Shown one piece after another: positions 22,200 through 31,833 of a DNA stretch of 64,000 bases (the first letter of the stretch is position 1; every line of letters begins with the position of its first letter). The notes below the pieces were generated by a model. It ran no database searches and was not told the DNA's origin. It saw nothing but the letters and a program-made list of their open reading frames with translations. The position numbers and the translations under genes are program-made. The stretch spans positions 2,103,981-2,167,980 of the forward strand of contig OZ243038.1 in the NCBI GenBank assembly GCA_965212005.1, written 5' to 3'. Origin of the DNA: Candidatus Porifericomitaceae bacterium. GTDB taxonomy: Bacteria; Pseudomonadota; Gammaproteobacteria; Porifericomitales; Porifericomitaceae.

Positions 22200-23894
22200 A
22201 TGTCAAACCAGCACCAGAACGGGAACGCCGCCAAGGTCTTGCGATCCGATCCAGGAGCGCAGGCGAGCCGAGTCATGAACACTTCCGGCTGGGAACTGGC
22301 GGTCAGCGAGGAAGATTGGCGCTCGTTGCAGATATTTAACTGGTACCGGGTCATGCTGGGGAGCCTGTTTGTCGCGCTGATGCTGGTTGACTGGCTGCCG
22401 CCGCGCATGGGCCTGCTGAACCCGCAATTGTTCCTCGGGGCGGGGATTTCTCTCCTGGTTTTCTCTTTGCTGGGAACCCTGCTTACTCATTACCGTTTTC
22501 TGCCGTACGTGGCGCAGGTCACCCTGTATGCGTTCGCTGATATTGTCTTGCTGACAATGATGATGTACGGCTCCGGCGGCATGGGCAGCGGCTTGGAACT
22601 GCTGCTGTTGGTCAACGTGGCCGGGCACGGTGTTTTGGCCGGCAGGGCGATCGTTTTTCTTTATGCTTCTATGGCGGTATTGGCGGTGACTTTCGAGGAA
22701 GTTTACCTGTCTTACAGCTATGCGCCGGTATTGGCGGACTTCGGCAGCGTGGCTTTATTTTCTCTGGGGCTGTTGACGATCTCCGCTTTATGCGTCCTGC
22801 TGTCCAAACGCTACGCCAGCAGTCAGGCCTTGGCCTGGCTGCGTTCCCAGGAGCTGCGGACAATGTCGCTGTGGAACGAGCAGATCGTCAGGATGATGCG
22901 GACCGGCATCATCGTGCTGGGAGACGATATGCGCATACGATTGGCAAACTATTCGGCCAGAAAGCTGCTCGGGCTGCGCGAAGACAGTCCGAATGATATT
23001 TCCCTGCCGGCTAACGGCAGTCTGCTCACCGAATTGGTGAATACAGGGCAGCGCGAGCAGTTCCAAAGTCCCCAGGTGTTTCAGCGCCGCCTGGGAGGAG
23101 TCGAACTGCAGATCTCGGTGGTGCGCCTTGAAGCCGGTCGAAGCGTGTCCGGGTGGTTGCTGGTGTTGGAGGATTCTGCCGTCGTGCAGCAGCGAGCACT
23201 GCAGTTGAAGCATGCTTCCCTGGGCCGGCTGACTGCCAGCATCTCCCACGAGATCCGCAATCCTTTGGGAGTCATCAGCCACGCCATTCAATTATTGGCT
23301 GAATCCATGACCCAGGCGTCGACCGAGGATCGGAGGCTAATCGAACTGATACAGCGCCACGTGCGGCGTCTGAACGAGATTGTGGAAAACGTAATGCAAC
23401 TCAGCCGTCGCCGTCTGGCCCACCCGAACCAGCTTCAGATGGAGGTCTGGTTGAAGGAATTCGCCGACGAATTTGTTCAAGTGCGCCGCTTGCAGCAGAC
23501 GGACGTACGGGTACGGGTGTCCCCGCCGAATCTGTGTCTGAGTGCGGATGCCAGTCAACTCTACCAGATATTGTGGAACCTGGGAGAGAATGCAATACGT
23601 TATAGTTTTCATTCCCCGCTGTTGGAGTTGTGCTGCGGGATCCAGGAAGAACCATGCTGGCCATACATCGACGTCATCGATCGCGGGCCAGGGATAGCTG
23701 AGGATGCGGTGGACCGTCTTTTTGAGCCGTTTTTTACTACTGAAACAGAAGGCTCCGGCTTGGGCCTGTACCTGGCACATGAGTTGTGTGAAAGCAACCA
23801 GGCGAGCCTGCGCTTGCTGCGCAACACGCCCCAGGGTTGTTGTTTTCGGATCAACTTCGACCAACCCGCGATTTTGAGCCCTGTCCCGGACTGA
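22200..23894 (+). CDS. pilS: sensor histidine kinase PilS
   Basis: 564 aa. It has about six N-terminal TM helices, the H-box SHEIRNPL, and N/G boxes (NLGENAIRY, DRGPGI, GSGLGL). It lies directly upstream of pilR with a TGATG overlap. Confidence 0.8.
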   Translation: MSNQHQNGNAAKVLRSDPGAQASRVMNTSGWELAVSEEDWRSLQIFNWYRVMLGSLFVALMLVDWLPPRMGLLNPQLFLGAGISLLVFSLLGTLLTHYRFLPYVAQVTLYAFADIVLLTMMMYGSGGMGSGLELLLLVNVAGHGVLAGRAIVFLYASMAVLAVTFEEVYLSYSYAPVLADFGSVALFSLGLLTISALCVLLSKRYASSQALAWLRSQELRTMSLWNEQIVRMMRTGIIVLGDDMRIRLANYSARKLLGLREDSPNDISLPANGSLLTELVNTGQREQFQSPQVFQRRLGGVELQISVVRLEAGRSVSGWLLVLEDSAVVQQRALQLKHASLGRLTASISHEIRNPLGVISHAIQLLAESMTQASTEDRRLIELIQRHVRRLNEIVENVMQLSRRRLAHPNQLQMEVWLKEFADEFVQVRRLQQTDVRVRVSPPNLCLSADASQLYQILWNLGENAIRYSFHSPLLELCCGIQEEPCWPYIDVIDRGPGIAEDAVDRLFEPFFTTETEGSGLGLYLAHELCESNQASLRLLRNTPQGCCFRINFDQPAILSPVPD

Positions 23895-25242
23895 TGGAGA
23901 TTGCCATGGACACCGTGTTAGTGGTAGACGATGAACCCGATATTCGTGAACTGCTTGAAGTCACCCTTAAGCGAATGAACCTCAAATGCCGGTGCGCGCA
24001 AAATCTGCAGGAAGCCATGCTCATGCTGGATGGCAATGTCTCTTTCAGTCTGTGCCTGACGGACATGCGCCTGCCGGATGGAGACGGCATCCAGTGCGTG
24101 GAATACGTGCAGCAGCACTGTCCGCGCGTCCCAGTTGCAGTGATTACCGCTTACGGCAATATGGAATCAGCGATCAGGGCACTGAAGGCGGGTGCTTTCG
24201 ATTTTCTCTGCAAACCGGTAAAGCTGCCACAATTGCGCCAGTTGATTCGGGACGCGCAGGCACTGCAGCAGCCTTACGGCAATCCTACGCAGCACGTGCT
24301 GATCGGCAAAAGCGCATCGATCCGGGAACTGAAGGAGAACGCGAAAAAACTGGCGCGCAGCCAGGTGCCGGTTTATTTGAGCGGCGAGTCCGGCGTTGGC
24401 AAGGAGTTGGTGGCCCGCATGATCCATGATCACGGTCCGAGGCGCATGGCACCTTTTGTGCCGGTAAACTGCGGGGCAATCCCGCATGATCTGGTGGAAA
24501 GTGAGCTGTTCGGCTACAAGAAGGGCAGCTTTACCAGTGCCGTGGCGGACCGCGAAGGATTGTTTCGGGCAGCGGAAGGGGAACCCTGTTTTTTGACGAG
24601 CTCGCCGCATTGCCGCTGTCCGTGCAGGTCAAGCTGTTGCGCGCGATCCAGGAGCGCAGCATACGCCCTATCGGTGAGCGTCACGAGTTGCCCATTGACG
24701 TGCGGATACTCAGTGCCACCAACGATCCGCTGGAGAAACTGGTGCGGCAGGGGCGGTTCCGTCAAGATCTCTACTACCGCATCAACGTGGTGAATTTGCG
24801 GGTTCCCTCATTGCGCGAGCACAAGGAGGACGTGCCATTATTGGTGGAGCACCTGCTGCAGAGAGCGGTGGGGAACAATGAACGTCTGGCGGTGGTGCAG
24901 ATCGATGACCAGGCCATGGACGCGCTGCAGGCGTATTCTTACCCGGGCAACGTGCGTGAGTTGGAAAACATTATCAATCGGGCCGTGGCCCTGTGTGAGG
25001 GCAATCGGATCAGGGTGGAGGATCTGCGTTTGGCGCCGGAACTGGAGTTGGAAGCCGGCGTGGAGCCGGCAGAGCCGGCGGAGGGTTCGGAGAAATTGGA
25101 TGACTACCTCGGCAAAGCTGAGAAGAAGCGCATCTTGGAGGCATTGGAACAAACTCGCTGGAATCGGACTCGGGCGGCAAAGTTGCTCGGGCTCAGTCTG
25201 CGTGCGCTGCGCTACCGGCTGGAGAAGCTGAGGCTGGAATAG
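23894..25242 (+). pseudogene. pilR: sigma-54-dependent response regulator PilR, interrupted by a -1 frameshift
   Basis: The receiver domain (VLVVDDEPDIREL...TDMRLPDGDG) and the AAA+ start (SGESGVGKE) are in one frame. The rest (...LSVQVKLLRAIQE...GNVRELEN...Fis-type HTH AAKLLGLSLRALRYRL) is in another. Expected AAEGGTLFFDEL needs five G at 24578-24581, where only four are present. Confidence 0.8.
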
Positions 25243-25679
25243 GACCGGGCGCTGCCGGCGCCCGCTTGGGACCCAGCGAGTCAAACGATTATCGCCGCGT
25301 TGCCATGCCAATCCCAGTGTTGGGGCAACCGCCGCACGCCACCCTGCGGCGCACCCCGGATACCGGTCATGCGAAACGAGGTACCGTCCGATCGGACGGA
25401 GCCGGCGCGGAGTCCGTCCGTGGTCTCCAAGTACCGCTTTTTGTCACAGTTGACCTCTAACCGGTCCATGCCATTGTGGTCGCACCGTGCGTTGTCTGGC
25501 GCATTCGGTAACCGGGGCAGCTCCACCTCAGGCTGCCATAAGGAAACATTATTCCATTAAAAATCAATTACTTATTTACGTTGAATGGAGCAGAGTCAGG
25601 TTTTGCCGCGGACTTGATCGTGCCCGCGGGAGCTGGTTCATGCACAGTTGGACAGACAATCCGTGGTTCGGGCATACTC

Positions 25680-25695
25680 TGGCATGAAATATGCT
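25680..25695 (+). promoter_or_regulatory. sigma-54 (-24/-12) promoter of pilA
   Basis: TGGCAT-gaaat-ATGCT has exact GG-N10-GC spacing. It is intergenic, about 170 nt upstream of pilA. pilA is classically RpoN/PilR dependent. Confidence 0.6.
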
Positions 25696-25867
25696 TATAC
25701 TACTGGTAACCAGAGGACTGGCGGGATTTACCGTAGTTCTTAGGGGGCAGTCGCCGGGTAAAGTCGGCGACGGCCCCCGTTTACTGATGACTCAGCTGTG
25801 CCTTTAGGCTTCACCAGAGCCGGGCATATTTGATCATCATGAAGTGATAAATTGGAGGAACTGTTTC

Positions 25868-26308
25868 ATGAACAGCAAACAACAAGGTTTTACGTTGGTT
25901 GAATTGATGATCGTGGTAGCAATTATTGCCATTTTGGCCGTTATTGCAGTGCCCAACCTCATCCAATACACCATTCGCGCCAAAGTCAGCGAAGCCATTA
26001 CAATGGCCTCGGCGGCAAAGACCAGCGTGTCTGAGTACTATGCTTCGACAGGTAAGATGCCAGCTAATGCAGGGCAGGCAGGTATTGATATCACAGCCAA
26101 GACGGAGATTGTGGCTGGTATCGCTTACAATCAAACCGATGCCAAGACCGCCGAGGTTACCGTCACGTTGGAAGACATTGGTGGAGACACCGGCACCAAG
26201 ACGATCGAGTTTAAGGGCAAGGGTTCTCCTACGGGCGTTACTTGGACATGTGCGGGCGGGGGTACCACTTTAGCGGACAATCTGTTGCCGGCCCAGTGTC
26301 GCGGCTAA
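25868..26308 (+). CDS. pilA: type IVa major pilin
   Basis: The short leader MNSKQQG is followed by FTLVELMIVVAIIAILAVIAVP. A C-terminal Cys pair (WTCAGG...PAQCRG) forms the disulfide loop. GGAGG lies 9 nt upstream of the ATG at 25868. The track start (GTG 25844) is rejected. Confidence 0.9.
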   Translation: MNSKQQGFTLVELMIVVAIIAILAVIAVPNLIQYTIRAKVSEAITMASAAKTSVSEYYASTGKMPANAGQAGIDITAKTEIVAGIAYNQTDAKTAEVTVTLEDIGGDTGTKTIEFKGKGSPTGVTWTCAGGGTTLADNLLPAQCRG

Positions 26309-26399
26309 GTTCAAGCTGACTAGAGGCTCTGGTTCCCCCTTTTCCTCCTTGGGCCTTGCGGGCTCCGGAGGGGGAACCGGACAAGCCTTCTATCTGTAT

Positions 26400-26427
26400 C
26401 CGCCCCGTCCCCCGGGGCGGTTTTTTT
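26400..26427 (+). terminator. rho-independent terminator after pilA
   Basis: CCGCCCCG-tccc-CGGGGCGG is followed by TTTTTTT. Confidence 0.7.
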
Positions 26428-26816
26428 CTATCCATGTTACTGGACGAGTCTGCCCGTAAGCAGTTCGTTTCGTTCTCTGCTCCGGCGGCAATCGATCCCT
26501 GTTGTCTGCGGCAGGCTGCACTGATCACAGACGGCACCGTCGGGAAGCCGCTGTCGGTTCACCACGGGCGATAGGACCAGTGTCATTGCTGTACCGGAAG
26601 AGCTGGCTGCCTTGCTTTGGCAGGAGGGTCCGCGTATCGGCAGCTGCGCCCGGACGCCGGTGGCGCAGTGTGGCCGTAATCCGGCCAGGGCCAGCAGACA
26701 GTGGGGCGGCCTGAACAATAGGACTAACTCGCGGCTTTTGTATCTGGCACCGCCCGGATCCAGGTGCCGCCCTGGGCCTGGTCCGGCAGGCAGCTGTCTC
26801 CAGCCGCGGTGCAAAT

Positions 26817-26892
26817 TGGTGGCCAGGGGAGGAATCGAACCACCGACACGAGGATTTTCAGTCCCCTGCTCTGCCAACTGAGCTACCTGGCC
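26817..26892 (-). tRNA. tRNA-Phe (anticodon GAA), CCA encoded
   Basis: The reverse complement is GGCCAGGTAGCTCAGTTGGCAGAGCAGGGGACTGAAAATCCTCGTGTCGGTGGTTCGATTCCTCCCCTGGCCACCA and folds as a cloverleaf. The T-stem GGTGG/CCTCC contains one U:U mismatch. Confidence 0.9.
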
Positions 26893-27087
26893 ATGAATAT
26901 CAGGCGGTGCACTCATGTCCCCGCTGATCCTTCTGCCGCAGACGCGGCGGGCCTGCTGTACAGGCTGCGCAGATTAAAGCAGGAACGGACTTCAGGTCAA
27001 TCAGAAGGATGCGGCCAAGGTCGGGTACCCGCTGCGGAAATCACTGGACCGGCGCGGTGCCGTATCAGTGCCGTAAGACAGGTTCAG

Positions 27088-27671
27088 CCGGCTCGACGTC
27101 ACCGACGGGGAGGCCATCGGCAAGCTTGCGGCGCAGTTGGGCACCGTGGATATATTGTTTAATTGTGCCGGTTACGTGCACCATGGCACTATATTGGAAT
27201 GCGCCGAGCGGGACTTCGATAGTTTCCTTCGAGTTGAACGTGAAGTCGATGTACCGCGTGATACAGTCGTTTTTGCCCGCCATGCTGGAGGCAGGCGGCG
27301 GTGTTATATTGAACGTGTCCTCGGTGGTTTCCTCGATCAGGGGGGTGCCCAACCGCTTCGTCTACGGCGCTACCAAGGCAGCCGTGATCGGCATGAGCAA
27401 AGCGGTGGCGGCGGATTTTATCGATCGGGGCATTCGCTGCACCAGTATTTGCCCTGCCACTGTGGAATCCCCTTCGCTGGAGCAGCGGATCTCGGACCAG
27501 GTGCAGGGAAATGACGCCGATGCGGTACGCCAGGCTTTTATCGACCGGCAGCCGATCGGACGCTTGGGCAAACCTGAGGAAATAGCCGCCTTGGCCGCCT
27601 ACCTGGCCAGTGACGAAGCCGCCTACACTACCGGCGGCGTGCAGATTATCGATGGCGGCTGGTGCAACTGA
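27088..27671 (+). pseudogene. short-chain dehydrogenase (BDH2/DHRS6-like), 5'-degraded and frameshifted
   Basis: ...LDVTDGEAIGKLAAQLGTVDILFNCAGYVHHGTILECAERDFDS is in one frame. SFELNVKSMYRVIQSFLPAM...YGATKAAVIGMSKAVAADF...IIDGGWCN is in another, with the shift near 27222. No intact GxxxGxG Rossmann N-terminus can be read between tRNA-Phe and 27088. Confidence 0.65.
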
Positions 27672-27794
27672 GCCGGCAGGTATGACCGGCCTCGTTGCCG
27701 GTGCGGGATTGCCGGTCCATGAGAACGCCCCTGGCCTGTGGCCGCCAGCGAGGCCCCCGTTTTATAGATTGCTTGAGAGCAAGGGAGGGAATAT

Positions 27795-28640
27795 ATGAAA
27801 TTGCTGCGCTACGGACCTGCCCACCGCGAGCAGCCCGGTATACTGGATGCGCAGGGGCGCATTCGGGACTTGTCTTCGGTCATTGACGACGTGGGTGGTG
27901 CCACGCTGTCGCCGTCCGGCCTGGCCAAACTGGCGGCGCTGAATATGTCACAGTTGCCCGTTGTGCCGGGCAGTCCACGCTTGGGTCCATGCGTGAGCCC
28001 GCCGGGCAAGTTTATCTGCATTGGCCTGAATTACGCGGATCATGCCGCTGAATCCGGTCAGCCGGTTCCCTCCGAGCCGGTGCTGTTCTTCAAAGCCACC
28101 AGTGCCGTTTGCGGTCCGTTCGACGATGTCCAAATCCCGCCCGGCTCAAAAAAGACCGATTGGGAGGTGGAGTTGGGAGTTGTGATCGGCCGGGACGCGA
28201 AAAACATCGGCGTGGACGAGGCTCTTGAACACGTGGCCGGATATTGCGTGATCAACGACGTATCGGAGCGGGCTTTTCAGCTAGAGCATTGCGGACAGTG
28301 GGTCAAGGGGAAAAGCCACGACACCTTCGGTCCCATCGGCCCGTGGCTGGTCACCCGTGATGAAGTGCCTGATCCGCAGAACCTGCGCCTGTGGTTGGAA
28401 GTAGACGGACACCGTTACCAGGACGGTCATACCAAGACCATGGTCTATCCAATCGATCACCTGGTCAGCTATATCTCCCGCTTTATGAGCCTGCAGCCCG
28501 GAGACGTGATCTCCTCCGGCACTCCGCCGGGAGTGGGCATGGGACAAAAGCCTGAACCGGTTTATCTGCGCGGGGGTCAACAGATCCGCCTGGGCATTGA
28601 CGGCTTGGGCGAACAGTGCCAGCGCACGGTCCAACTCTGA
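27795..28640 (+). CDS. fumarylacetoacetate hydrolase (FAH) family protein
   Basis: 281 aa. Motifs are KFICIGLNYADHAAE, WEVELGVVIG, and GDVISSGTPPGVG. Confidence 0.85.
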   Translation: MKLLRYGPAHREQPGILDAQGRIRDLSSVIDDVGGATLSPSGLAKLAALNMSQLPVVPGSPRLGPCVSPPGKFICIGLNYADHAAESGQPVPSEPVLFFKATSAVCGPFDDVQIPPGSKKTDWEVELGVVIGRDAKNIGVDEALEHVAGYCVINDVSERAFQLEHCGQWVKGKSHDTFGPIGPWLVTRDEVPDPQNLRLWLEVDGHRYQDGHTKTMVYPIDHLVSYISRFMSLQPGDVISSGTPPGVGMGQKPEPVYLRGGQQIRLGIDGLGEQCQRTVQL

Positions 28641-28798
28641 ACAGGCTTGTATCCGGGTGCCGGGGCTGTGGCGCGGAACCCGTTGACGTACGGCAGAATA
28701 CGGTTCAGAGTCCTTGCGCCTGATTCTTCAGGCCTGCCCCTCCCGCCCGCGCCGGGCAGCATTGGTTTGGTTCAAGGCGGGCAGCGGGGCTGTGCCGG

Positions 28799-29083
28799 CT
28801 ATTCCGGCTCTGTAGACGCCGGAGGCATATATTCAGCCGGGCGCTGCGAACCTTCGCCGAAAAAGAATTTCTCCATCTCCTGCTCCAGGAAGCCGCGGTC
28901 TTTCGGTTCAATCGGGGTCAGCCGATATTCATTGATCAGCATGGTTTGATGAGCCAGCCACATTTGCCATGCCTGCCGGGAGACCTGCAAATAGATGCGC
29001 TGCCCGAGTTCTCCCGGATAAGGGGGCTTGCTTAGCCCTGCCGACTCCTTACCCAGCTTGATGCATTGTACCGTTCGGTCCAT
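28799..29083 (-). CDS. yggX: Fe(2+)-trafficking / oxidative-damage protection protein YggX
   Basis: [52 protein letters not shown] matches the YggX pattern. It lies directly downstream of mutY, as in enterobacteria. Confidence 0.85.
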   Translation of the reverse strand: MDRTVQCIKLGKESAGLSKPPYPGELGQRIYLQVSRQAWQMWLAHQTMLINEYRLTPIEPKDRGFLEQEMEKFFFGEGSQRPAEYMPPASTEPE

Positions 29084-29091
29084 TGTTGTCC

Positions 29092-30150
29092 TCACCGGGT
29101 AGTCAGTATAGCAAGCAATCGGCTCACGGGGGCAGCCAGCCCCACGCGCTTGCAGCCCGCGGCGCTCAGCCAGCGCCGCGGGCCCGGTTCCGCGCTGCGC
29201 AGCCTGCTGTCCGTTACCTGCAGCAGGATTGGCTGGATCTCCAGGCGGAAATGACTGAAAGTATGCACAAAGGGCTCAATGCGCCGCAGTGTACCGGACT
29301 GCAGGCCCAGTTCCGTCCAAGCCCAATGTGCCGGGTCGCACTCCGGCGCGCACTCTGGAAAGCACCATAATCCGCCCCAAATCCCGGTTGGTGGTCGCCG
29401 TTCCAGCAAGACCTCCTGCGCCCGGTTGCGGGCGATTAGAAAGCAGGTGCGCCGCCAGCGCAGCGGCTTGGCCGGCCTGGAGATCGGCCACCGTTCCGGG
29501 TGACCGCTGCGGCAGGCGGCGCAATCGCTGCGCAGTGGACAGTCCGGGCACTGCGGCCGGGTCCGCGTGCACAGCGTGGCACCCAGATCCATGATCGCCT
29601 GGGTGTATTCGGCGGCCTGGCGGCGCGGCAGCTTTTGCTCTGCCAGGGCCCACAGCTGCCGCTGCGCCGCCGGGGCGCCAGGCCATTGCTGAACGCAGTG
29701 ATAGCGGCTCAGTACCCGCTTGACGTTACCGTCCAGGATAGGGAAGGGCAGGTTGCTGCCCAGCGCCAGAATGGCTCCCGCGGTGCTGCGACCAATGCCA
29801 GGCAATTGCAGCAGCGCATCGAGTTCCCGCGGCAGTGCGCCCGCATGCCGTTCGCTTACCTGTTGCGCCGCCCGGTGCAGATTGCGGGCGCGGGCATAAT
29901 AACCAAGCCCGCTCCACAGCTGCAGTACCTGGTCCAGTTCTGCCGCGGCCAGCGTGCCGACATCCGGGAAACGCTGTATGAAGCGCGGGTAATAGGCGCA
30001 AACGGTGACCGCCCGAGTTTGCTGCAGCATGATCTCCGATACCCAGACCTGGTAGGCGGTCGGCGCCTGCTGCCAGGGCAGGTCGCGGCGTCCATGCACA
30101 CGTCCCCAGCGCAGCAGCTGCCCTGCGAAGGAATAGCGTCCAGTGCTCAC
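29092..30150 (-). CDS. mutY: A/G-specific adenine DNA glycosylase MutY
   Basis: It has an HhH-GPD core ([12 protein letters not shown]), the 4Fe-4S Cys cluster [20 protein letters not shown], and a NUDIX-like C-terminal domain. The GTG at 30150 gives about 353 aa. The 442-aa track ORF would overlap the upstream fmdB-like gene. Confidence 0.85.
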   Translation of the reverse strand: MSTGRYSFAGQLLRWGRVHGRRDLPWQQAPTAYQVWVSEIMLQQTRAVTVCAYYPRFIQRFPDVGTLAAAELDQVLQLWSGLGYYARARNLHRAAQQVSERHAGALPRELDALLQLPGIGRSTAGAILALGSNLPFPILDGNVKRVLSRYHCVQQWPGAPAAQRQLWALAEQKLPRRQAAEYTQAIMDLGATLCTRTRPQCPDCPLRSDCAACRSGHPERWPISRPAKPLRWRRTCFLIARNRAQEVLLERRPPTGIWGGLWCFPECAPECDPAHWAWTELGLQSGTLRRIEPFVHTFSHFRLEIQPILLQVTDSRLRSAEPGPRRWLSAAGCKRVGLAAPVSRLLAILTTR

Positions 30151-30187
30151 CGATGGCGCCGCTGCCCCCGTTACTGTACCCGGTTGC

Positions 30188-30649
30188 TTAGTCCCTGGAG
30201 CGATCCTTCGATCCGCGTTGGGAGCGATCCTTCGACCCGCGTTGGGAGCTGTCTTTGGTACTGCCCTGGGAGCTGTCTCTGGCGCTGTTCTCGGCATTGT
30301 GCCTGGAATCCGTTCCAGAGGCAGATGTGCTCTTGCCTTCCTCTGCCGGTGCCCGCGCTTTGCCGTTGGTGGCCTCGTCCTTGCCACGCTGCCCATCCCC
30401 GGCTTTTTCCGCTGGCGCATCCTCTTTGGCCTCTTTTTGCTCTTTTCCGTCCGCCTCCGGTTTGGGCTGATTACGAAAGTCGGTCTCGTACCAGCCGCTT
30501 CCCTTGAGACGAAAGGAGGTGGGCGAGATCAGCCGCCGCAGGCTCTCCCGGTTGCAGGATGGACACCGGAGCAACTCCTCCGCGTCCATTTTTTGCAGCG
30601 CTTCCAGCCGATGGCTGCAAGTACTGCACTGATATTCATAGATAGGCAT
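30188..30649 (-). CDS. FmdB-family zinc-ribbon protein with a low-complexity charged tail
   Basis: MPIYEYQCSTCSHRLEALQKM...LRCPSCN (CxxC...CxxC) is followed by a Lys/Glu/Ser/Asp-rich tail ending in repeated SQRGSKDRS units. Confidence 0.75.
   Translation of the reverse strand: MPIYEYQCSTCSHRLEALQKMDAEELLRCPSCNRESLRRLISPTSFRLKGSGWYETDFRNQPKPEADGKEQKEAKEDAPAEKAGDGQRGKDEATNGKARAPAEEGKSTSASGTDSRHNAENSARDSSQGSTKDSSQRGSKDRSQRGSKDRSRD
30197..30292. repeat. 4 x 24-bp tandem repeat inside the fmdB-like tail
   Basis: The four units are ggagcgatccttcgatccgcgttg, ggagcgatccttcgacccgcgttg, ggagctgtctttggtactgccctg and ggagctgtctctggcgctgttctc. Confidence 0.7.
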
Positions 30650-31003
30650 CCGTACATTTCTCCTTGTCGTGTTCGTGTGCCAGCAGTCAGGGATCGGGTT
30701 CTGGCGAGCGCCCGCATATTCCCGATGATCATGTATCAGTAAACCGAAAGCACCGTATTGTCAATAAGCCGGCTGCCGGATCCGGTTCCGTCTGCCCACG
30801 AATTGTGCCCGGCAGCGCGCTCTTTGAGTGGCCGCCGGCGCTCCCCCGCGGCCTTATGGAGCCGTCGGGCAGGCCTGCCGCGCGGGTGCGGACCTCGTGC
30901 CTGACGCGCCGGAGCCTATTGCGCGTTCGCATCGCTCCTGCTGTCCATGGTGGCGGGATGGCCCTCGTTAGATTGCCTGTACTCTAGTATTATCCTTTGC
31001 CTG

Positions 31004-31080
31004 GGGCCGTTAGCTCAGCTAGGTAGAGCAGCTGACTTTTAATCAGAAGGTCACAGGTTCGATCCCTGTACGGCCCACCA
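31004..31080 (+). tRNA. tRNA-Lys (anticodon UUU), CCA encoded
   Basis: GGGCCGTTAGCTCAGCTAGGTAGAGCAGCTGACTTTTAATCAGAAGGTCACAGGTTCGATCCCTGTACGGCCCACCA. The acceptor, D and T stems pair perfectly. The anticodon loop is CTTTTAA. Confidence 0.9.
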
Positions 31081-31537
31081 TTCGCTTTCGGCTACAGCGG
31101 CATCCTCTACCTTGGTGCGGCGCAGGACTCTGACCACAGTTCAGGAGCAGGAGAGAGAGCAGGCGGGCGCTGCGGCGAGTGCGCCGCAGTGCCGTCCAGT
31201 GTCCGGTGGGTCCTTTTTGCGCTCTGCCCCAGTCCGGGTTCCAGCCAGTTTGCGGCAGACCTTGGTTCGAGTCACCTGCCGCCACTGGCCAATGCGGTGC
31301 CACAGACTATGCGCAGTGGCCACCCGCCAGGGCCGATGCCTGTGCCCGCCGCCGGCGCAAGATACAGTAATGGAGCCGCGCCCCGCTCCGCCGACTTGCC
31401 TGTCGCTGTGCCGGAGCCTTGAGCCCGCGGCGGCATGGCAGCGGGCGGCGCGGGAGTTGAGCTTTGCGGCTCTTGACATGCCTGCCGATGGTGCTTTAGG
31501 CTGACAGCATCCTAGCCGCCGGGCAGTGCCTTCTGCC

Positions 31538-31553
31538 TGGCACCGTTTTAGCT
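31538..31553 (+). promoter_or_regulatory. candidate sigma-54 promoter upstream of the traI-like operon
   Basis: TGGCAC-cgttt-TAGCT has exact GG-N10-GC spacing. It is intergenic and co-directional, about 280 nt upstream of ATG 31834. Confidence 0.4.
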
Positions 31554-31833
31554 TCCATATATCTGTGTCGCCTGGGCCGCGCAGATCTTTCCTCCTTCAG
31601 CCGTTGTGTCCGCGCCAGGTCGTCGGTACTTCGACTACGCAAACAGTGCACGGTTGGCACCAGCCTTGTCTGCCATGGTAGACGGGTTGGGACGGCGTTT
31701 GCCGAAACTCCGGCGATACTGGATCGTCGCCCCCGCCGCAGTCTCAGTGGGGGCTGCCCGATATGGCATGGAGCGGGCGGCAAGCGGATCAAGCAATGGA
31801 TAATGAGGGAACATAAGGGACAGTAATCACGCC

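Noticed and set aside
26437-26916. 159-aa minus-strand ORF spanning tRNA-Phe.
   Set aside because: It reads straight through a well-folded tRNA gene and the rest is low-complexity.
29092-30420. The 442-aa version of MutY with a repeat-rich N-terminal extension.
   Set aside because: The extension overlaps the fmdB-like gene on the same strand by ~230 nt and consists of the alternative-frame reading of a 24-bp tandem repeat. MutY homology begins near a GTG at 30150.
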